Below are positions 27,392-35,110 of a stretch of DNA of 64,000 bases, piece after piece (position 1 is the first letter of the stretch; every line of letters begins with the position of its first letter). The notes below the pieces were generated by a model, which worked only from the letters and a program-made list of their open reading frames with translations, ran no database searches and was not told where the DNA came from. The stretch spans positions 583 to 64,582 of the forward strand of contig CAZUOJ010000005.1 in the NCBI GenBank assembly GCA_964622325.1, given 5' to 3'. This DNA comes from an uncultured Armatimonadia bacterium (GTDB lineage: Bacteria; Armatimonadota; Zipacnadia; Zipacnadales; UBA11051). The position numbers were made by a program, and so were the translations under genes.

Positions 27392-29266
27392 ATGTCTATG
27401 TCTCATTTGCTGTTTGCCGCGGCGTGCATTTTGCTCCTATGGGCCATAAATGGCTGGGCGGCGGACAAGCCCCTGAGCTTTGCCGTAAAACAGCAGATTT
27501 TGCTGCGGGAGTTGCATCCGGATTGGTGCTGGTTTCATCCCCGCGCGGCGGCCATCCCGCCTGCAGATCCGGAGGGCCGCCCCACTGTCATTGTTACACT
27601 CCAGAAGCATTTGAAAGTGAGCGATTTTTATTCCGGATTGTATTATATGCGTTCCGACGACGGCGGCAGGACCTGGAGGCCGCCTGTGTTGCCGCCCGAA
27701 TTGGATTGGCGGCAGGAGAATGGGGAGATAATCGCCGTTGCTGATGTGACGTCCGGCTGGCATGCGCCCAGCGGGCGGCTGCTGGCCATTGGGATTAAAG
27801 TGCGCTATAGCCCTCATGGCGAACAGCTTCTGGATAAGCCCCGTTCGCACAACGCCGCCTATGCCGTGTACAATCCGACAACGAATTCCTGGACGCCGTG
27901 GCGCTTTCTGGAAATGCCAGATCTGGAGGATAAATTCTATCAAATCTGTCCCGGCTGTGTGCAATGGCTCGTGAATGCGGATGGCACAATCCTGCTGCCG
28001 ATTTATTTCGGCTCCAAAGGAGCTAAGGACGCTTCGACGACAGTGCTGCATTGCGCCTTCGACGGCGAGAAGCTGACATATCTGCGCCATGGCGACGAAT
28101 TGACGATTGAGGGCGGGCGGGGCCTGTGTGAGCCGTCTTTAGCGCGTTATCGGGGACGCTATTATCTGACCCTGCGCAATGATTATCGGGCCTATGTGAC
28201 GACAAGCGAGGATGGGCTGCATTGGGCGCCGATTAAGCCCTGGACTTTTGATGATGGCAGCGAGCTGGGCAGCTACAACACGCAGGCTCACTGGCTCGTG
28301 CACAGTGAGGGACTTTTTTTGTGTTATACGCGGCGGGGCGCCAATAATGATCATATTGTGCGTCATCGGGCGCCGCTGTTTATAGCCCAAGTGGATACGG
28401 AAAAGCTGTGCGTGATGCGCGCCACGGAGCAAATCCTGATTCCCGAACGCGGCGTGATGCTGGGCAATTTTGGCGCCTGCGCGCTGGATGAATGGGAGTC
28501 ATGGGTGACGGATGCGGAATTTGCGTTTGGGCCGCCGCCTCATCCACGCGGCGCCGATGGCACCGTATTTATTGCCCGTGTGCAATGGGCGCGCCCCAAT
28601 CGCTTGCTGAAGCCCGTGCGCATTATCTGTCTGGGGGATTCCATTACAAAGGGCGTGCGGCCAGGCGTGTTGCCAGAGCAGACTTTCGCGTGGCTAGTAG
28701 AAAGGGAATTGTTGCGGCGCGGCTATAGTGTAGAAGTATTGAATCTGGGCGTCGGCGGGGAGCGAACCGATCAGGCGCTTTTGCGGCTGGACAAAGATGT
28801 CCTTGCCCGCCCGCCGCATATTGTGCTGTTGATGTATGGCACAAATGACAGTTATGTGGATCCGGGCGCCCGTGCGCCGCGGCTTTCGGCCGCGCAATTC
28901 CGGCAAAATCTTTTACATCTGATACAGCAGCTCCAGGCCCATAAGATTCAGCCAGTGCTGATGACAGCGCCCTGCTGGGGCGCGCAGGCCTTAAATGGAC
29001 GCCAGGAAAGCCCCAATATCTTGCTGGGGCAATTTATGGATCTCGTGCGGGCGCTCGCGCGGGAACAGCAAGTGCCGCTCGTGGATCATTTTGCCCTCTG
29101 GAGCGAAAAAGCTGCCGCCGGACAGGATATAGGGGCCTGGACGACGGATCAATGTCATCCCAATCCAGCCGGGCAGGCGGTCATGGCGGAAGCGATATTG
29201 CCCGTCGTGGCGCCGCTCGTGCAAAAAGCCCAGCGGGCGGTTGCGTCTGCAGGCGTCCGGAAATAA
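27392..29266 (+). CDS. Secreted sialidase-like (BNR/Asp-box propeller) protein fused to an SGNH/GDSL esterase
   Basis: Start moved to ATG 27392 after GGAGG. Signal peptide, Asp-box SDDGGRTW, and SEDGLHW. SGNH blocks intact: GDSIT, GVGG, YGTND, DQCHP. Confidence 0.8.
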   Translation: MSMSHLLFAAACILLLWAINGWAADKPLSFAVKQQILLRELHPDWCWFHPRAAAIPPADPEGRPTVIVTLQKHLKVSDFYSGLYYMRSDDGGRTWRPPVLPPELDWRQENGEIIAVADVTSGWHAPSGRLLAIGIKVRYSPHGEQLLDKPRSHNAAYAVYNPTTNSWTPWRFLEMPDLEDKFYQICPGCVQWLVNADGTILLPIYFGSKGAKDASTTVLHCAFDGEKLTYLRHGDELTIEGGRGLCEPSLARYRGRYYLTLRNDYRAYVTTSEDGLHWAPIKPWTFDDGSELGSYNTQAHWLVHSEGLFLCYTRRGANNDHIVRHRAPLFIAQVDTEKLCVMRATEQILIPERGVMLGNFGACALDEWESWVTDAEFAFGPPPHPRGADGTVFIARVQWARPNRLLKPVRIICLGDSITKGVRPGVLPEQTFAWLVERELLRRGYSVEVLNLGVGGERTDQALLRLDKDVLARPPHIVLLMYGTNDSYVDPGARAPRLSAAQFRQNLLHLIQQLQAHKIQPVLMTAPCWGAQALNGRQESPNILLGQFMDLVRALAREQQVPLVDHFALWSEKAAAGQDIGAWTTDQCHPNPAGQAVMAEAILPVVAPLVQKAQRAVASAGVRK

Positions 29267-29423
29267 AATGTATAAGACATGCGGGCGCTGGCGGGGAGAT
29301 AAGGGAAAAAATCCGCTCTTTTAATTTTTCTGGCAAGAAGGAATTTCCCCCCAGGCAAAGAATTTTTCCCGCCAGCAATGGCTTTTGCGGATCAATCCCT
29401 GACAGGTTGGGAGCTTCACAACG

Positions 29424-31406
29424 ATGCGGATGCGAGAGATTGAAGAGCTGGCCGAATATCGTTCGCTGATGGAGGCGCCGGAGACCTTTCAGGAGGGCTT
29501 TGGCTGGAAGACGGTGTTGGGCGCCCTGTTCATCGGCTTTGTCATGATGCCCGGTTCCATCTATCTGGGCCTCGTCGTGGGGCAATCGATGGGCCCGGCC
29601 GCCGAATGGACGACGATTATTTTGTTTACGGAAGTGGCGCGGCGCTCGTTCACGGTCCTCTCCCGGCAGGAAGTGTATTTGCTGTATTATGTGGCGGGGG
29701 GATTGGCGGCAGGAGGCGGCATGCTCGGGCTGTCGGGCGGCCCGTTTGCCAATCTGGTCTGGAATGCGTATTTGCGCAATCCCGCTGTGGCGCCGGCGGG
29801 GCTGGCGGAGGAAGTGCCCAACTGGGTGGCGCCGCCCTCCACCTCAGAAGCCGTCCTGCGGCGGACCTTTCTCCATCCCGATTGGCTGCCGGCCATCGGC
29901 GTGCTGATAGCCACGATGATATTTTCCCGGCTCGCCTGGTTTACTTTCGGCTATGTGCTGTTTCGCCTGACCTCCGATGGCGAGAAGCTGCCGTTTCCGT
30001 TGGCGCCAGTGGCTGCCCAGGGCGCCACGGCCCTGGCGGAAGCCTCCAGCAAAGAAGAAACCTGGCGCTGGCGAATTTTCTCCATCGGCAGCATGATTGG
30101 CGTGGCGTTCGGGCTGATTTATGTGGGAATTCCCACTCTTTCGGGCGTCATTTTGATTCAGCCCATTCAGCTTTTGCCCATTCCGTTTATTGATTTCACG
30201 CAGGGCACGGAGCGCATTTTGCCGGGCGTGGCCATCGGCATCGGCACAAACATCAGCACTATCTTCACAGGCTTCGTGCTGCCGTTCTGGATGATTGTGG
30301 GCAGCTTTTGCGCCATGCTGGTCACCATGATTGTGAATCCGATTGCCGCCGTGACCGGGCATCTGCCCACCTGGCGGCCCGGGATGGAATCCATGCGCAC
30401 TATCTGGGCCACAAGCATTGATATCTGGCTTTCGTTTGGCATTGGCACGGCTTTTGCCGTGGCGATTTTGGGGATTATCAAGATGATAGGGGGCTGGCGA
30501 GCGGCCAAAGCCGAAGGTCAGAAAATTGCCTTTGGCTTCGGCACGCCGCCGCCCGGGCGCGGCGATTTCAATGTCTGGATGTGTCTGGGGATCTTTTTCC
30601 TGTGCACGACTGGCTATGTGCTGCTCACGCGTTATCTTGTCCCGGATTTTCCCATCTTCTTCGTGTTGTTCTTCGGCTATATCTGGACGCCGTTTGAATC
30701 GTATATTAACGCCCGCATGGTTGGCTTGACCGGCCAGCTCGTGGCTATTCCGATGTTGCGCCAGGCCACCTTTATCCTGAGCGGATATAAGGGCATAAAA
30801 ATCTGGTTTGCGCCTATCCCCCTGTCCAATTACGGCGGCCAGGCGCAGCATTTCCGCTCCGTGGAGCTGACGGGCACAAAGTTCACTTCGCTGGTCAAGG
30901 CGGAGCTGTTAATGTTCCCCGTGCTTCTGTTTTGCAGCTTCATTTTCTGGAGCTATGTGTGGCGGCTCAATCCCATTCCCAGCGCGTATTATCCCTACAC
31001 GCAAAAGTTCTGGGATTATGAGGCAATGAATGCCTGGCTGTGGTTCACTTCCACCACCGAAGGGCCCGCCAAGGAGATGTTTGAACGCGCCATTAAGCCC
31101 TGGCTGATGGTGGGCGGGCTGGGCTTCGGCCTGATCGCCTATTATCTGTTAAGCTGGCTGAATGTGCCCGTGATGACCATTTATGGCTTTATCCGCGGGC
31201 TGGGCACCATTCCGCATTATATTGTGCCCGAATTTATCGGCGCGCTGATTGGGCGTTATTATCTGGCCAAGCGCTTTGGCGAAGAAAACTGGCGCCGCTG
31301 GCCGCCTGTACTCGCCGCGGGGCTGTCCTGCGGAATGGGCCTCGTGGGAATGCTCACTATTGCCGTCGCGCTGCTGAAAAGCAGTATCACGGAGCTGCCG
31401 TTCTAA
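29424..31406 (+). CDS. OPT/YSL-like oligopeptide-type membrane transporter
   Basis: 660 aa with more than 12 hydrophobic segments, and motifs MMPGSIYLGL..G, AAEWTTIILF.E and E.LPFPLAPV resembling bacterial OPT-like permeases. Confidence 0.65.
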   Translation: MRMREIEELAEYRSLMEAPETFQEGFGWKTVLGALFIGFVMMPGSIYLGLVVGQSMGPAAEWTTIILFTEVARRSFTVLSRQEVYLLYYVAGGLAAGGGMLGLSGGPFANLVWNAYLRNPAVAPAGLAEEVPNWVAPPSTSEAVLRRTFLHPDWLPAIGVLIATMIFSRLAWFTFGYVLFRLTSDGEKLPFPLAPVAAQGATALAEASSKEETWRWRIFSIGSMIGVAFGLIYVGIPTLSGVILIQPIQLLPIPFIDFTQGTERILPGVAIGIGTNISTIFTGFVLPFWMIVGSFCAMLVTMIVNPIAAVTGHLPTWRPGMESMRTIWATSIDIWLSFGIGTAFAVAILGIIKMIGGWRAAKAEGQKIAFGFGTPPPGRGDFNVWMCLGIFFLCTTGYVLLTRYLVPDFPIFFVLFFGYIWTPFESYINARMVGLTGQLVAIPMLRQATFILSGYKGIKIWFAPIPLSNYGGQAQHFRSVELTGTKFTSLVKAELLMFPVLLFCSFIFWSYVWRLNPIPSAYYPYTQKFWDYEAMNAWLWFTSTTEGPAKEMFERAIKPWLMVGGLGFGLIAYYLLSWLNVPVMTIYGFIRGLGTIPHYIVPEFIGALIGRYYLAKRFGEENWRRWPPVLAAGLSCGMGLVGMLTIAVALLKSSITELPF

Positions 31407-31447
31407 GCGCGCCGAAAGTCCCGGCAGGCTTGCCCCCAGAAAAGCAC

Positions 31448-31484
31448 AACGCCCTCTTCCCGGCGCGGAAGAGGGCGTTTGTTT
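31448..31484. terminator. Intrinsic, probably bidirectional terminator between convergent genes
   Basis: Perfect 13-bp stem AACGCCCTCTTCC-cggcgc-GGAAGAGGGCGTT followed by TGTTT. Confidence 0.75.
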
Positions 31485-31661
31485 CGGGGATAGCGGCAAG
31501 GCCCATTGTCCGGACATTGTCCGGAAGAGGAAAGTCTTTTTCACGCTGGCACACAGCCAGCCAGCCTCAATGGCTAGAAAAGCAGCAGCTTCCCTAGAGG
31601 CCCCCAAAAGCCGAAATGACGCCACAGTTCCACGCCTGCTTCGAGCTTCCCGCTGCCGGCC

Positions 31662-33668
31662 TCAGGGTTCGCGGCGCGGCAGGCGAAAAAGCTGCGCCCC
31701 GCGCGTGAAATAAATGTCTGTCTCCGTGGCCACGAAGGCAAAAGGCGAAAGGGGGCCGAGGCGGGCTAATTTCGTCCAGACTTGCGCCGCCGGATCATAT
31801 TCCGCGACGCCCCCCGGGCCGCCCGCAATGATCCGCCGCCCATCCCACAACAGCCGGGACGCTTCGACAGGCATGGGAAGGGATGCTTGCAAAAGCATCC
31901 TGCCGGGCCGAAGCAAGCGCACGAAATACAGCTTTTTCCCTTCTGTGTACGCCAGCAGGCGCCGCGGCTGCGCTTCCAGCAACACAGCGGCGCCGGCGTA
32001 GCTTTGGGGCCAGGGCGCTTCCGCAATTTGCTGATTGCGGGCGGCATCCCACCAGCGCAGGGCGACTGCGTCGCAAATAAGCAACAGGCCAGGCTGCAGT
32101 TCGGCGAGGGCAAAGGGCACTGTGGCCAGGCGCGTGCTGCCCGTCTTTTTCGTTTCCGGATCCAGCCAGCTGACGCCGCCGCCCGTGCTGCCCCAGCCCG
32201 CCGGCCCCACCGCCCAAATCCGGCCATCGCTGGCCGCCAGACACGCCACCGGCCGATATGTGTATTGCCCCAGACAGCCGACAAAGCGGGGATTGATTTG
32301 CTTAACATAATCGCAGCGCCAGGGCCGGAAGGGATTGTACAGCACAAGAGCGCCATTCGTATAGCTGGCGCAGACCAGCTCCTTTCCCCGCACGCAAAAA
32401 CTGTATATCTCGCCGCTCCAGCCCGGATTGTGATTGCCCAAATCCCGCAGCTCCCCTGTGTGCGGATTATAGCGGAACAGATGCATGCTCTGAAACGCCC
32501 CGCCATAAATACAGCCATCAGGCCCCACGCCCAGGCCAAATAGGCCCCGCTCCACCCGCGGCTGCTCGTATGTCTTTTCGCGCCGCACCTGCAGCCGTTT
32601 TTCATCGTATTCCAGCACCTGTAAATCGGCTGTCACGGCATATTTCATCTCCAGAGCAAGCTCCGCCGGGGGCTGGAAATCCGCTAAACGGAGCGTGTGT
32701 GCGCCCTCTTTAGGATGCCACAAATACACACGGCGGCCATCGGAAGTGGCGATGGCGTCAGAAGCGGGGAGAAGATAAAAATCCAGCACACTGCCGTACG
32801 CGGAATTGTGGCGCCAGCGCGACCAGACCGGATAGGCGATATCAGGCGGCCAGGGGGCTTCGCCCAGAAATGCGCCTGTCTGGAGGTCAAAGGCGCCGCG
32901 GCGGCCGCTGGGAAAATGTTTCGCATACAGGATATTGGGCCCCACGGCGGCGGCAATGATAAAGCCATCCGCTTTCCAGCTTTCGGGCGCCCATTGCGCC
33001 ACATCTTTGTTTTGTGCGGGATCATAAATGTAGATCCGCGCCACATGCCCCAGGCCAAAGGCAATGCGCCCATCAGGCAGGGGCACCACCGCACTCACAT
33101 ACCAGTTGCCTTTTTCGGGAATATCCGGCAGAGGCTGGACTTCGCCTGTCTTTTTATTCACGCGCGCCCGCTCCCCATAGCAACTGCCACAATACAGCCA
33201 GCCATCACGCCCCTCGCACATAGCGCGCACATGATGCACGCCATAACGGGACAGATCCCACGGCCGGCCCGCAACTTCCCACACGCTCCCTTCCGCCCGA
33301 TAGCGCCAGATTTCGCCTGTCGTGCTGCCCACATATATGGCGCCATCACTGGCCGGCACAATCGGATACGCCTCCAGATGATGAAGCGGCTTGATGTCCA
33401 GCTCGTCCGTGTGTAAATCCAGAGCGCAAAAATGTCCGCCAGATTCAGCCGAGGTCGTCCAGCACAAAAGAGTATGCCCCTGGCGGCCATATCCCGGACA
33501 AAGGCGATATGACACGAGACTGGCATTCTGAATGGGCGTGCCCAAAAGACGCGGCTCACGCAGCTTTTCCCGCACCGGCAGGGCTCCTTCCTGAGGGAAG
33601 GCCAGGGCCGCTAATCCCCAGGCCAGCCCCCCTAGCCACAACAATGTTTGCCGCCGCAGACGCCCCAT
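31662..33668 (-). CDS. Secreted double beta-propeller protein, paralog of 13460-15379
   Basis: Signal peptide and blade motifs SDGAIYVGS, RDGWLYCGS, GPDGCIYGG, DGRIWAVG. The RYNP...LVCASYTNGALVLYNP segment parallels RFDP...YGGVYSSGSLIELDP in the other copy. Confidence 0.65.
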   Translation of the reverse strand: MGRLRRQTLLWLGGLAWGLAALAFPQEGALPVREKLREPRLLGTPIQNASLVSYRLCPGYGRQGHTLLCWTTSAESGGHFCALDLHTDELDIKPLHHLEAYPIVPASDGAIYVGSTTGEIWRYRAEGSVWEVAGRPWDLSRYGVHHVRAMCEGRDGWLYCGSCYGERARVNKKTGEVQPLPDIPEKGNWYVSAVVPLPDGRIAFGLGHVARIYIYDPAQNKDVAQWAPESWKADGFIIAAAVGPNILYAKHFPSGRRGAFDLQTGAFLGEAPWPPDIAYPVWSRWRHNSAYGSVLDFYLLPASDAIATSDGRRVYLWHPKEGAHTLRLADFQPPAELALEMKYAVTADLQVLEYDEKRLQVRREKTYEQPRVERGLFGLGVGPDGCIYGGAFQSMHLFRYNPHTGELRDLGNHNPGWSGEIYSFCVRGKELVCASYTNGALVLYNPFRPWRCDYVKQINPRFVGCLGQYTYRPVACLAASDGRIWAVGPAGWGSTGGGVSWLDPETKKTGSTRLATVPFALAELQPGLLLICDAVALRWWDAARNQQIAEAPWPQSYAGAAVLLEAQPRRLLAYTEGKKLYFVRLLRPGRMLLQASLPMPVEASRLLWDGRRIIAGGPGGVAEYDPAAQVWTKLARLGPLSPFAFVATETDIYFTRGAQLFRLPRREP

Positions 33669-33682
33669 TTGTGTCCCCTTTT

Positions 33683-35017
33683 CTAAGCATTTGGCAGGAA
33701 GGCGCCTAATTTTTTCAGCCTTTGCTGCAGCTCGGCTACATCCACTTCGCGCGTCGTGCCGCTGTTTTTTGCCGCTAAGGCCGCCGCCACGCCGGCCGCC
33801 TGGCCCGTGATATAGCAGCCGGGCATAACGCGGATTGAGGATTGCAAATAACGATCCGCGCTGATACAGCGGCCAGCGACGAGCACATTATCCAGCTTTT
33901 GCGGAATAAGCGCCCGATAGGGGATGCCATAACTTTCGCCGGGCTGATAACGCAGCGTTGTGAATTCTTCCAGGAATTTGGCATAGGCGGATTCGTCGTA
34001 TGTGGCTGTATGAATATCCACGGGATAACAGAAGCGGCCAATTTCATCAGGGAAAACCGCCTGGCGCTTGAAATCCTCCAGGACAAGCACATAATCGCCC
34101 ATAATGCGCCGTGTTTCGCGAATGCCCAGCAGGGAGGCCGTGACGACAAGCTCCATTTCTTCAAAGCCCTGCAGATATTGCTTGTAATAGCGTTCGTATT
34201 CCGTCAGCAGCTTGCGGCCCCAGAGCAGCGCCTGTGTGACGGAGCGCTCATCTGTGCCGTCCACCCCAAATGTATGGCCGATGTTGCCGCCCCCCAGGCC
34301 CCGAGGGCTGATCTGCGCCATCCCGGGCAGATGTCTGTCGGGGATTGTAAAAACGCCGTCAGCGATGGCTTTGTCACACTGGCTGTCATCGCGCAGGCCC
34401 TGGGCGCGCGCCGCCTCCACGCGGGCCCAATCAATGCCGCTCCACAGGCTGCACAGAGTGCCGGGCATCATATTGCCCTCCGCATCGCCTTTTTCATAAG
34501 GAGCGCCCGCCCACGCGCAGATATCGCCATCGCCTGTGGCATCAATGAAAATTTTAGCGGCTAGGGCGAACAGGCCGCTTTTGCCCCAGCACAGCGCATG
34601 CGTCACACGGGGCCCCTCTTGCTTCAGGCCAATCACATATGTGTGCAGCGAAAACAAGGCGCCCGAAGCAGCCACAAAATCATCATAAATCCGCTTCAAA
34701 ATTTCGACGCGAATTGTCGGAGACATCGAGCCGGGCGGGCTGGCAGTGCCCCCCCGGGCATACAATTCCTCATAAATCCGTTTTCCAATCCCGCTCGCGT
34801 AAAAATGCACGCCGTCCCCGAACATGCAAAACCAGGGAACGAGCCCTGCCGTGCCCATCCCGCCAAAGCATGAATGGCCCTCTGCCAGATACACGGAAAC
34901 GCCTTGCTCCCGCGCGGCCAGCGTGGCGGCTATCCCCGCCGGGCCTCCGCCCGCCACAAAAACATCCACATAATGACGCACAGGAATTGTCTCGCTCCAA
35001 TGAATAGAATCTGCCAT
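33683..35017 (-). CDS. FAD-dependent oxidoreductase (FAD_oxidored family)
   Basis: Start at ATG 35017 after GAAAGGA. DVFVAGGGPAG, IFIDATGDGD, GIRETRRI.G.Y.L and NVLVAGRCISAD. Confidence 0.88.
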   Translation of the reverse strand: MADSIHWSETIPVRHYVDVFVAGGGPAGIAATLAAREQGVSVYLAEGHSCFGGMGTAGLVPWFCMFGDGVHFYASGIGKRIYEELYARGGTASPPGSMSPTIRVEILKRIYDDFVAASGALFSLHTYVIGLKQEGPRVTHALCWGKSGLFALAAKIFIDATGDGDICAWAGAPYEKGDAEGNMMPGTLCSLWSGIDWARVEAARAQGLRDDSQCDKAIADGVFTIPDRHLPGMAQISPRGLGGGNIGHTFGVDGTDERSVTQALLWGRKLLTEYERYYKQYLQGFEEMELVVTASLLGIRETRRIMGDYVLVLEDFKRQAVFPDEIGRFCYPVDIHTATYDESAYAKFLEEFTTLRYQPGESYGIPYRALIPQKLDNVLVAGRCISADRYLQSSIRVMPGCYITGQAAGVAAALAAKNSGTTREVDVAELQQRLKKLGAFLPNA

Positions 35018-35110
35018 TGCTGTTCCTTTCGTTTCTGCGTATTTATAAAAATTTATTTTTGCGTTTATGATATATGAGCGCAAGCCCTGCCAGACGCCGC
35101 CAGAGAACGC

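Noticed and set aside
29844-30851. 335-aa minus-strand ORF
   Set aside because: Antisense shadow of the OPT-like gene.
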